Shown here: piece after piece, positions 48,667 through 55,876 of the stretch | Layout of the letters: the number at the start of each line of letters is the position of its first letter | Numbering within the stretch: position 1 is the stretch's first letter | DNA from: Chthonomonadaceae bacterium | GTDB taxonomy: Bacteria; Armatimonadota; Chthonomonadetes; Chthonomonadales; Chthonomonadaceae | Assembly: GCA_965246955.1 (NCBI GenBank) | Contig: CBDFGA010000004.1 | Span: 1,888,100 to 1,952,099, forward strand | Direction of reading: 5' to 3' | Length of the DNA: 64,000 nucleotides | Translations under genes and position numbers: made by a program | Notes under the pieces: model-generated | Database searches by the model: none | What the model saw: only the letters and a program-made list of their open reading frames with translations | Told to the model about the DNA's origin: nothing

Positions 48667-49464
48667 CTACTTCGTCGCCCGCCAGTAGCTGCGCAGGCCA
48701 ATCACGAGAACGATCAGCGCGGTCGCCGCCCAGATTGCTCCCCACAGCGTTGCGGGCAGGGCGTAGGTCTTCGCCATATTGCCTGCGTCGTTCTGCATCT
48801 CGCCGCCCGTCGTCAGCGAAAGCAGGATGCCGATGTCGCTGATGGCGTTCAGGCTGCACTGCACCGCGATAAAAGCGGCGGCAAAATTCGCGGCGGCGGG
48901 CGAAAGGAAACGCGCCAGCGCAAAACAGGCTGCCGATAGTCCAAACCCGACCGCCAGCGTAAAGGGATCGTGCCAGCCCCACAGCAGGGTAATCAGCGCA
49001 AGGGCGGCGGACGCGAAATACAGCGCCGTCCTTCCAGGAGCCTGCAATTTCCGCAGCCGCCCGACTTGCAGCATGACCGCGCCGAAAATCGCCGTGCCGA
49101 GGTAGCCCGCCGAATCAATGACCCACGCGCTCAGGAAATTTTGCGTCGCCATCGTGACGCCCTCGCCGTTGGGCTTAATCGCCAGCGAAGCGACGTGATT
49201 GCCCGTCAGCAGCGCCGCCAGCGCATGACCGCTCTCGTGAACAAACGTGATGAACAGCCGCAGCGGGTACAGCAAAACCGTGTTGATTCGGTACATCGTC
49301 AGTCCGACATTTGCCCCGAAGACATAACCCAGCACGAACGGCGCAAACATCAGGGCGAGCGCGGCAAGCGTCGCGCCGAGCAGCAGGTTCCGGGCCTTGC
49401 GTCCGTGTTCGCCCCGTCCCGCGTCCGTCGTGTTAATCAGCGTCAATGGATTTTCGTTTTGCAT
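48667..49464 (-). CDS. M50-family (site-2-protease-like) membrane metallopeptidase
   Basis: HESGHAL HExxH motif inside a TM helix, multiple TM segments. Confidence 0.7.
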   Translation of the reverse strand: MQNENPLTLINTTDAGRGEHGRKARNLLLGATLAALALMFAPFVLGYVFGANVGLTMYRINTVLLYPLRLFITFVHESGHALAALLTGNHVASLAIKPNGEGVTMATQNFLSAWVIDSAGYLGTAIFGAVMLQVGRLRKLQAPGRTALYFASAALALITLLWGWHDPFTLAVGFGLSAACFALARFLSPAAANFAAAFIAVQCSLNAISDIGILLSLTTGGEMQNDAGNMAKTYALPATLWGAIWAATALIVLVIGLRSYWRATK

Positions 49465-49589
49465 TTTTCCCTGCCTGTTCTCGTCAAAATCCGGTCTCAT
49501 TCTGTTATACGTAAATGCGGGGCCGTTCCGCGTCATAAGAATTGCGGCACAACAAAAAAACACTCCCCTGAAGGGAAAGAGGCGCGGTC

Positions 49590-49700
49590 CATGCAGAAAA
49601 GCCCCCTGCTTGAAAGACGCTTGATGTTGCGTGTTGGGTTGAATTGGATAATTATGAAACACCCGGCAACCCTGCCAAAACTGCCCGCATAAAAAATAAT
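49590..49700 (+). promoter_or_regulatory. Conserved leader element L, copy 1 (partial)
   Basis: gaaagacgcttg...ggataattatgaaacacccggcaaccctgccaaaactgcccgcataaaaaataatt. Near-identical to 50690-50772 and 57530-57600. Confidence 0.55.
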
Positions 49701-49725
49701 TCCATTTTTGTCACTATTCACCGCG

Positions 49726-49830
49726 TCCTTGCCACTCGCGCCGGAATGAAAAGCGTGGCGTCTCCCTCCGTCACTCTCTACGGCGCTCCGACCGGCGTTG
49801 TCCTGACGCTATCGAAAGCGGCGCAAGCGA
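49726..49830 (+). pseudogene. Orphan 3' fragment homologous to the C-terminus of the 53880-54530 gene
   Basis: TRAGMKSVASPSVTLYGAPTGVVLTLSKAA versus ARRAGMASVASPAITLYGANVGVVLTLAKAA. No upstream body or start. Confidence 0.45.
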
Positions 49831-49863
49831 AACTAAACGCCCTTGCCATGAAAAAAGCCGAAC

Positions 49864-49900
49864 GCGAAGAAAGGCTTCGCGTTCGGCCTATGCAATGCGG
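49864..49900. terminator. Bidirectional hairpin (gccgaacgcgaag/cttcgcgttcggc)
   Basis: 12-bp perfect stem. Paralogous hairpin at 55655-55692. Confidence 0.6.
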
Positions 49901-49909
49901 GCGCGGCGG

Positions 49910-50083
49910 TTACGATGCCTTGCGCTGTTCCTGAGCCATCTTTTGTTCTTCGCGCATGATCGCCGTTCGTTTCGCCCAGTACGCCAGTTCTTCTTCGGGC
50001 GTCATTCCTGCTGTGCGGGCCTGAATAATTTCCTGCGCCTTGTCTTTCATCTCTACGCAGTCAAACGCTTTGTTCTTTTTCAT
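49910..50083 (-). CDS. Small charged protein, partner of PIN protein (copy A)
   Basis: 57 aa, MKKNKAFDCVEMKDKAQEII...EEQKMAQEQRKAS. Paralogue at 55706-55876. Overlaps the PIN gene end. Confidence 0.5.
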   Translation of the reverse strand: MKKNKAFDCVEMKDKAQEIIQARTAGMTPEEELAYWAKRTAIMREEQKMAQEQRKAS

Positions 50084-50546
50084 TGGTAACCTCCGGCGGC
50101 GAATGAATCGCCACGCTGTTGTAGCCATACAGAGCATTGATGGCGTTGAAACGCTGAATCTTGGAGAACCGCACGATATGCCGAAAATTCCAACTGACAA
50201 TCAGTTCGCAGTCGTTAACAGTAGCGACAGCAACGTGCAGGGCATCGGCAGCAGATTTGGCGGCAAGGATACCCGCATCAAGATACGCTTTTCGCAACGC
50301 CTGCGCTTCGGCAGTAATGTCTACGGTTTCGGCGTAGGTTTTCATCTGCGCATACAACGCCTGCACTTCAAGCGGCGCAGTGGCAATCTCCTCGTCTAGA
50401 GGCGCCGTAACAACGAGCGCGAACTTCCCGCTTTTGACCTCTTCAAAAAAGGCGCGGCTTGCGGCCTCGAATTCCACGTCCACAATGCCGCCGAAAACGG
50501 TGGTGTCGGCATAGGCGCGAATGGAATGTTGGCGAAAGAGCATCAT
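50061..50546 (-). CDS. PIN-like (VapC-like) nuclease domain protein (copy A)
   Basis: Acidic residues at strand ends (AYADTTVF, FEEV, DEEI, DALHVAVA, SWNF) consistent with PIN fold. Toxin-first gene order. Confidence 0.5.
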   Translation of the reverse strand: MMLFRQHSIRAYADTTVFGGIVDVEFEAASRAFFEEVKSGKFALVVTAPLDEEIATAPLEVQALYAQMKTYAETVDITAEAQALRKAYLDAGILAAKSAADALHVAVATVNDCELIVSWNFRHIVRFSKIQRFNAINALYGYNSVAIHSPPEVTNEKEQSV

Positions 50547-50649
50547 TTCGTTCCTCTGCGACGCGCTGCTCTGCGTCCCATTTTCCTTTATTATACAGCA
50601 TAAAATCGCGCCGTCCTCACAAATCTTCCGCGCTACGCAAAATCTACCG

Positions 50650-50772
50650 CCGCAGAAACGCTTGCGGAATGGCGCGTCTGAAAGACGCTTGTTTTTTCTA
50701 GCCGGGTATGTATTGAATAGGAAACACCCGGAAACCCCGCCGAAACTGCCCGCATAAAAAATAATTTACTTT
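50650..50772 (+). promoter_or_regulatory. Conserved leader element L, copy 2 (full), upstream of PEP-CTERM gene
   Basis: cagaaacgcttgcggaatggcgcgtctgaaagacgcttgttttttc (hairpin + T-run) then ...gaaacacccggaaaccccgccgaaactgcccgcataaaaaataattt. Confidence 0.6.
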
Positions 50773-50867
50773 TTTTCGTTGAAAAGGTGTTTCCCGTTCA
50801 ATTTGGCACACATCTTGCAATATACAGACTTGACGAGCAAAATGCCGCCAAAAGGAAACCTACTGTC

Positions 50868-51782
50868 ATGAACCGAAACCTGAAGAACACCATCGCGCTC
50901 GGAGCGTTCGCCCTGCTCGGCCTTACCAGCGCCGCCAACGCGCAGAACGTCGTCAAAACCTTCAACTACACCGGCGACTATCAGACATTCACTGTTCCTT
51001 CCGATGTCAACAACATTTTCGTTCGGCTTTGGGGCGCAGGCGGGGGTAGTGGCGTCAGTAGCGCCGGTATCTTCGTCGGGGGAAGCGGCGGCGCATTTGT
51101 TTCCGGTGTTTTAAGTGTAACACCGGGCAGTACTTTTACTCTGCTTGTGGGCGGCGGCGGTGTTGGTAACAAAGGTGGCTTCGGTGGAGGCGGTTCCGGC
51201 GCCAGTGGAGGGGGCGGACGATCTGCGCTTATGGTCAATACAATCGAGTTGGTTGATGCGGGCGCAGGCGGCGGCGGAAACTTTAGTGGTGGAGCAGGCG
51301 GTGTATTGATAGGTCAGGCAGGCGGGGACAGTTTTGCGGGGGGCGGCGGTGGCGGCGGAACACAGAACGCAGGGGGCGCAGGTGGTCTTGGGCGGCCTGA
51401 TAACGGGCAGAGCGGCAGTCAATTTCAGGGAGGAAGCAATATCTTTTGCGGCGGCGGCGGCGGCGGTTATTATGGCGGTGGCAGCGGTGGGACGGACACT
51501 GATGGCAATGGTAGCGGCGGCGGCGGCGGTTCTTCCTACATTAGCGGCCTTGCGAGCATCGGAAATACGCAGGATGGCAATGGCGCTACTCCTGGAGGCA
51601 TGAGCGACCCCTACTATCTATCCAACGTCGGCGTGGGCGGAAACCATGCTAGTGGTGGCAATGGCGAAATTGTCTTTGCTTACTCGTCCTCTATTGCCGC
51701 CACGCCTGCCCCTTCCTCTCTGCTCGTTGCACTTGGTGGGATTGTTTCGGGCGTCGGGGTTCTTCGCAGGCGGCGCAAATAG
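50868..51782 (+). CDS. Glycine-rich secreted protein with PEP-CTERM-type sorting tail
   Basis: Signal peptide, GGxGG-rich body. C-terminus ATPAPSSLLVALGGIVSGVGVLRRRRK (TM + RRRRK). Confidence 0.8.
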   Translation: MNRNLKNTIALGAFALLGLTSAANAQNVVKTFNYTGDYQTFTVPSDVNNIFVRLWGAGGGSGVSSAGIFVGGSGGAFVSGVLSVTPGSTFTLLVGGGGVGNKGGFGGGGSGASGGGGRSALMVNTIELVDAGAGGGGNFSGGAGGVLIGQAGGDSFAGGGGGGGTQNAGGAGGLGRPDNGQSGSQFQGGSNIFCGGGGGGYYGGGSGGTDTDGNGSGGGGGSSYISGLASIGNTQDGNGATPGGMSDPYYLSNVGVGGNHASGGNGEIVFAYSSSIAATPAPSSLLVALGGIVSGVGVLRRRRK

Positions 51783-51804
51783 GTTCCATTCTTCGCGGGA
51801 TTTG

Positions 51805-51843
51805 GGGCCGCGCTTTTCCTCTGCTTTGGGGAAAGCGCGGCCC
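51805..51843 (+). terminator. Conserved terminator-like palindrome T (gggccgcgcttttcc..ggaaagcgcggccc), copy 1
   Basis: Recurs at 52485-52524 and 58706-58745. Variant at 54549-54585. Followed by cttgttg and a GTATAATA box. Confidence 0.6.
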
Positions 51844-51887
51844 TTGTTGCGGCGCATGGTATAATAAAAATAAATTGGGAGCGCGGC

Positions 51888-52175
51888 ATGAACTTCGAAT
51901 GGGACGAGGTTAAACGCAGCAGCAATATCGCCAAACATGGTCTGGATTTTGCCGATGCTTCCGCGATGTTCGGTCTTGCGATGTTCGTTGTTCCCGACGA
52001 CCGCGAAGACTACGGCGAACTGCGCTATCGGGGTATCGGACTGCTGAACGGCGCTTTCGCCGCCGTTGTATTCACCGAACCCGATGAGGAAACCATCCGC
52101 CTGATTTCGCTGCGACGGGCTACGCCACAGGAGCGACGCATTTATGAGCATGAAATCAAACAAAATGGATATTGA
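51888..52175 (+). CDS. BrnT-family toxin (DUF497), second type
   Basis: FEWDEVKRSSNIAKHGLDFADASAMF...IRLISLRRATPQERRIYE. Promoter ggtataataaaa 22 nt upstream. Confidence 0.75.
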   Translation: MNFEWDEVKRSSNIAKHGLDFADASAMFGLAMFVVPDDREDYGELRYRGIGLLNGAFAAVVFTEPDEETIRLISLRRATPQERRIYEHEIKQNGY

Positions 52176-52383
52176 CCCGGAAAACCCGCCGATGACGGAA
52201 GCGCAGGCCAGAAAAGGCTGGGTTCGCCTGCCGGACGGGACGCGGATCGTTCCGGCGCGAATGGACGCTCCGACGTATCAATGGTTTATGTCGCAGGGGC
52301 AGGACATTCCCGCGCAGATCGAAGCGGCGCTGCGCGATTACGCGGCGGCGCGGCGGCGCGAACAGCCGCCGCAATCGGCCTGA
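52144..52383 (+). CDS. DUF4415/BrnA-like antitoxin
   Basis: PENPPMTEAQARKG motif typical of DUF4415 partners of BrnT. Overlaps toxin 3' end. Confidence 0.55.
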   Translation: MSMKSNKMDIDPENPPMTEAQARKGWVRLPDGTRIVPARMDAPTYQWFMSQGQDIPAQIEAALRDYAAARRREQPPQSA

Positions 52384-52463
52384 CGCCCGCGTCCTCCTCC
52401 ATTCTGGTTGTTTTGATTGGGGCGGTTCCGCTTATCGGGGCGCTTCGCAGGCGGCGCAAATAG
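52383..52463 (+). pseudogene. Orphan PEP-CTERM sorting-tail remnant (TPASSSILVVLIGAVPLIGALRRRRK)
   Basis: Homologous to the tails at 51702-51782 and 58605-58685. Followed by the same palindrome T. No protein body upstream; the BrnT/antitoxin pair sits there instead. Confidence 0.65.
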
Positions 52464-52484
52464 GTTCGTTTCCTTGCGGGCTTT

Positions 52485-52524
52485 GGGACCGCGCTTTTCC
52501 TCTGCTTCGGGGAAAGCGCGGCCC
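52485..52524 (+). terminator. Palindrome T, copy 2
   Basis: gggaccgcgcttttcctctgcttcggggaaagcgcggccc. Downstream -10 gcgtataatag at 52546. Confidence 0.6.
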
Positions 52525-52604
52525 TTGTTGTTGCGGGCGGAAATAGCGTATAATAGAAGTGGAACATTCGCCTGCTTGCAGGCAACGACGAAAGGACGCC
52601 GCGC

Positions 52605-52853
52605 ATGACCCTTACCCTTACCCCGGAACTGGAATACGCCGTCAACGAAAAGGCAAAGCGGCAGGGCGTTCCGCCTGAACATCTCGCCATGCGGGAATTG
52701 CAACGCCTCTTTTTGCCCGCCGACGCATGGGAAATGCAGGTTCACCGCTATCAAAGCCTTGTGGAAAAAGATTTCTTAGGCGGCCTGACAGCGGAAGAAG
52801 CGCAGGAGTGCGAAAGGCTTGGAGCCGCGATTGACGCCGCCGAAACGCCCTGA
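52605..52853 (+). CDS. Small hypothetical protein preceding HNH endonuclease
   Basis: GAAAGGA SD. 82 aa, acidic C-terminus. Confidence 0.4.
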   Translation: MTLTLTPELEYAVNEKAKRQGVPPEHLAMRELQRLFLPADAWEMQVHRYQSLVEKDFLGGLTAEEAQECERLGAAIDAAETP

Positions 52854-52868
52854 AAGGACGCCTGCCGC

Positions 52869-53348
52869 ATGGCCCGTTTCCGCCGAACCGTCCCCGCCCC
52901 GATACTTGCCGCTCAAAAGAATTATCAGGCCTATCGCCCTTACGTTCGGCGCGACTTCGAAGAATGTTGCGCCTACTGCCTGCGTCACGAAGATTGGGCC
53001 GAAGCGGAGACTTTCGAGTTAGACCACCGCCGTCCGCAGTCCCTCTTTCCTGAAGACAAGTACGATTTTTATAATCTTTGCTACACCTGCCGGCGTTGCA
53101 ATATGAGAAAATTGCACTACTACCCCGACGCCGATTTGCTTGCCGCCGGAATTGGCTTTGTAGATTATTGCGTGGATGACTTCGCCACACATTTCGAGAT
53201 TGGCGATAATGACCTCTGGGTTCCGCAAACCGATTCCGCCCCCTTCACCCTGCGTATCCTGCGCCTCAACAGCGATTTTCTGGTTCGTCAGCGGCTTTTT
53301 CTGCGTGACAATGGTTTTGCCATAGACCGCCCCGCCCCGTCCCGCTAA
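52869..53348 (+). CDS. HNH endonuclease
   Basis: CAYCL...FELDHRRPQS...NLCYTCRRCNMRK (Cys4 + His/Asn HNH motif). Confidence 0.75.
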   Translation: MARFRRTVPAPILAAQKNYQAYRPYVRRDFEECCAYCLRHEDWAEAETFELDHRRPQSLFPEDKYDFYNLCYTCRRCNMRKLHYYPDADLLAAGIGFVDYCVDDFATHFEIGDNDLWVPQTDSAPFTLRILRLNSDFLVRQRLFLRDNGFAIDRPAPSR

Positions 53349-53385
53349 ACGCCCTGCGCGAAGGAAACGGCGCGGGGCGTTTACT

Positions 53386-53501
53386 CCGCCCTCCGCAATC
53401 GGGTACAATATATCGCTATTGAACAAAGACGTTCCGCCGCACTCATCTCCATTCATTTTGACGGCGAGGGCGAACAAAGGATACCGAAAGCGATGACCGC
53501 C
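53386..53501 (+). promoter_or_regulatory. Duplicate of the ppdK promoter/leader including its ATGAC start
   Basis: About 90% identical to 58752-58870 (ccgccctccgcaatcgggtacaatatatcgctattgaacaaagacgttccgccgcactc...gaacaaaggataccgaaagcgATGac). Here it leads only to a 12-codon ORF. Confidence 0.65.
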
Positions 53502-53879
53502 GGACTTGTAAGCCGCGCTGCAATCGCCTGAAACCGCGCCGGGAACGGCGAAAATCCTCTCCCGCTTTGGTTTGTTCTCCTCCTCAAGTTTGCTTCTTGT
53601 CTCTCCGATAATTTCCCTGTTAACGCGCCGGTTTGTTCCCGTCCTAAAGGCGATTTTGCCCGCGCCGCTGTCTTTGTTCTGCGTAATGCGGCCTTCGCGT
53701 TTCATCATGCGGGTGTCTCCTTCCGCGTCAGGAGCATGAAAGGCGGCGGGACTGTCTTCAACCGCCGCGCTATGAAATTCCACTGCGGCGGCGCGAAACG
53801 CAAAGGCCGCGCCGTAAGCGACAAAGACGGCGAGACAGCGAACGAAAACGGAACCGGCATCTATCCGAGGAGCAGGAAA

Positions 53880-54530
53880 ATGAGTAGCGATTATATGCCC
53901 AAAGGCAAGACCCAACTGCAAGCGTGGCTGAACAATTTCAACGCCGTCGCAAGCGCGAACATGGCGACATTGGGCCTGACCGCCGCTGATATTACCGCAT
54001 TGAGCGGAACGACGGGCGGCTTTACGTCCTCCGTTGCGGTGGTGAAAACGGCGAAGGCCAATCTCAAAGCGGCGACGCAGGGCGAAACCAGCGCAACCCG
54101 AACCGTGAACGCCACCGTGCGCGGCGTGGTGCGGCGCATCCAGTCCAACGCGGCGGTTTCGCCTTCGCTCAAAGGGTCGCTGGGCATCAATCCGCGCAAC
54201 GCCCCCAGAAATCACGCCCCGCCTGTGACCCCGACGGGACTGACGGCGGAAGGGTTCAGCACGGGAGTCAATCGCCTGAACTGGAACCGCGCCGGGAACA
54301 AACCCAACACGATTTTCGTGATTGAAGCGCAAAGCGGGGCCAGTACGCAATGGACGGAAGTCGGGAGCGTGACCGCTACCAAATTCGATCACGTCGGGCA
54401 GACTCCGGGCGTGAAGACGGCGTACCGGGTCACGGCGCGGCGGGCGGGCATGGCGAGCGTGGCAAGTCCCGCCATCACGCTCTACGGCGCGAACGTCGGC
54501 GTGGTTCTCACGCTGGCGAAGGCGGCGTAA
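53880..54530 (+). CDS. Hypothetical protein with FN3-like C-terminal region
   Basis: GAGGAG SD. C-terminal 30 aa are duplicated as the orphan fragment at 49726-49830. Confidence 0.45.
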   Translation: MSSDYMPKGKTQLQAWLNNFNAVASANMATLGLTAADITALSGTTGGFTSSVAVVKTAKANLKAATQGETSATRTVNATVRGVVRRIQSNAAVSPSLKGSLGINPRNAPRNHAPPVTPTGLTAEGFSTGVNRLNWNRAGNKPNTIFVIEAQSGASTQWTEVGSVTATKFDHVGQTPGVKTAYRVTARRAGMASVASPAITLYGANVGVVLTLAKAA

Positions 54531-54644
54531 AGCGTCCGGGTTTTCAGGAACGAAGCCGCGCCTTTTCAATTTGGCGCGGCCCTTGTTGCGGACGGCGAAA
54601 ATCGTGTATAATAGGAGCAAGAAATCTTTGACGCAGGAGCGGAA

Positions 54645-55253
54645 ATGATGCCGACGTATCAAGACGAATCAACGCAATTCCTACAGCGGGCCGAAGCGGT
54701 TTACAATGAGAAACTCCGCGCCACGCTCGATACGCCCGAAAATCGCGGCAAATTCCTCGCGCTTGAACCCGACAGCGGCGCTTACGAAGTCCGCGACGAA
54801 CTGCGTCAGGCGGCGGATTGGGTTCGCGCCTGTTGTCGCGGCAAGCGCGTTTACGCCACGCGCATCGGGCAGGAAACGTTTCCCAATCGCGGCTGCTTTC
54901 CCTGTATCCTCACGGCGCTACACGCGGCGGAAAACAAGAACGCGCCCTGCGGCGAGGAGGCTTTCCGCCCGCGAAACAATCCCGCGCCAACGGAACCGGA
55001 AGAACTGGCGAAGGTCAATCGGCGCGGCAGGGACGTTTACGAAACAAAACTTCGCGCCGCGCTGGACACGCCGGAGAACTACGGCAAAACCCTTGTGATT
55101 GACCCCGACAGCGCGGATTACGAAATGGGCGAGAACCATTACGCCCTGCTTGATGCCCTGCGCATTCGCCACCCGGACAAACTTTCCTACTCCATGCGGA
55201 TTGGCTATGCGAAAATGGCCCATGCGCTCGGCGCCCGGAGCGTGAGAAAGTAG
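54645..55253 (+). CDS. Tandem-repeat small protein, upstream partner of retropepsin-like protease
   Basis: Internal duplication VYNEKLRATLDTPENRGKFLALEPDSGAYEV / VYETKLRAALDTPENYGKTLVIDPDSADYEM. Promoter gtgtataatagg 30 nt upstream. Single-repeat paralogue at 63315-63611. Confidence 0.6.
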   Translation: MMPTYQDESTQFLQRAEAVYNEKLRATLDTPENRGKFLALEPDSGAYEVRDELRQAADWVRACCRGKRVYATRIGQETFPNRGCFPCILTALHAAENKNAPCGEEAFRPRNNPAPTEPEELAKVNRRGRDVYETKLRAALDTPENYGKTLVIDPDSADYEMGENHYALLDALRIRHPDKLSYSMRIGYAKMAHALGARSVRK

Positions 55254-55625
55254 ATGATTACCGCCCCCGTCGCAGAGGACTTCACGGTTCGCTTTTACAT
55301 CAAATTCATCGGCGATAACGGAATGGAATTGGACTTCTCCGTTCTGTTCGATACGGGGTTCAATCGCCATATCGCCCTGCCCCGCGACATCATAGACGCG
55401 CTTGGCTATCCCGAAATCGGCGCGGTGGAAATCACGCTGGCGGACGGGGCGCCGCAAAACGTCACGCTTCACAATGGCAAAATGGTGTGGGACGGGCAGG
55501 AAGTCGGCGTCACGATCCATTGTCTGGCGGGCGAGGGACTGCTTGGAACGCTTCAAATCGAAAACTACCTTGTGACAATTCCCGCCCGCGTCGGCGAAAC
55601 CGTGACCTTCGCCCTCATGCCATAG
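55254..55625 (+). CDS. Retropepsin-like (clan AA) aspartic protease domain protein
   Basis: LFDTGFNRHIALP contains the D-T-G catalytic triad. About 120 aa, single-domain. Start overlaps upstream stop (TAGATG). Paralogue at 62941-63330 (VIDTGFNGTFTLP). Confidence 0.6.
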   Translation: MITAPVAEDFTVRFYIKFIGDNGMELDFSVLFDTGFNRHIALPRDIIDALGYPEIGAVEITLADGAPQNVTLHNGKMVWDGQEVGVTIHCLAGEGLLGTLQIENYLVTIPARVGETVTFALMP

Positions 55626-55654
55626 CCCCCAATCCCCGCCCTGAATAGAAAAGC

Positions 55655-55692
55655 CGAACGCGAAGCCCTTCTTCGCGTTCGGCTCATAATCT
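55655..55692. terminator. Bidirectional hairpin (gccgaacgcgaag/cttcgcgttcggc), copy 2
   Basis: Shared by the convergent aspartic-protease and PIN modules. Confidence 0.6.
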
Positions 55693-55705
55693 ACGGGCGC
55701 GGCGG

Positions 55706-55876
55706 TTACGACGCCTTGCGCTGTTCCAGCAGGGCCTGTTGCTTTTCGCGCAGTTCCCGGTTCCGCCGGTTCCAGTAAGCCGCTTCTTCTTCCGGCGTCA
55801 TGGTTTCCAGTTTCGCCTGCAATTTTGCCGCGCCTTTGCGCTTCATCTCCACACAATCGAAAGGCTTATTCTCCAT
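55706..55876 (-). CDS. Small charged partner protein of PIN (copy B)
   Basis: MENKPFDCVEMKRKGAAKLQ...EKQQALLEQRKAS, paralogue of 49910-50083. Confidence 0.5.
   Translation of the reverse strand: MENKPFDCVEMKRKGAAKLQAKLETMTPEEEAAYWNRRNRELREKQQALLEQRKAS

Noticed and set aside
49530-49692. Short conserved uORF in leader element L (MKHPATLPKLPA)
   Set aside because: The ATG is absent in copy 2 and the frame differs in copy 3. Similarity is at DNA level, not peptide level.
50700-50772. Sigma-54 promoter in leader element L
   Set aside because: GG-N9-GC spacing is one base short of canonical. The -12 GC is replaced by GG in copy 3. Kept only as a speculation inside the leader finding.
51805-51870. 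Integron attC-like site / integron cassette array
   Set aside because: Palindromes are followed by cTTGTTG..., which does not fit the GTTRRRY core. No intI-like integrase in the window. Promoters are cassette-borne rather than a single Pc.
53019-54662. 547-aa minus-strand ORF (and similar long antisense ORFs at 4352-5434, 14112-15191, 58404-59933, 60132-61595)
   Set aside because: High-GC shadow frames antisense to well-supported genes (HNH, pilMN, ppdK). Arg/Gly/Ala-rich low-complexity translations. The one at 53019 even reads through the duplicated ppdK leader. An AAGGAG-ATG at about 53706 on the minus strand is noted, but the frame overlaps the HNH gene entirely.
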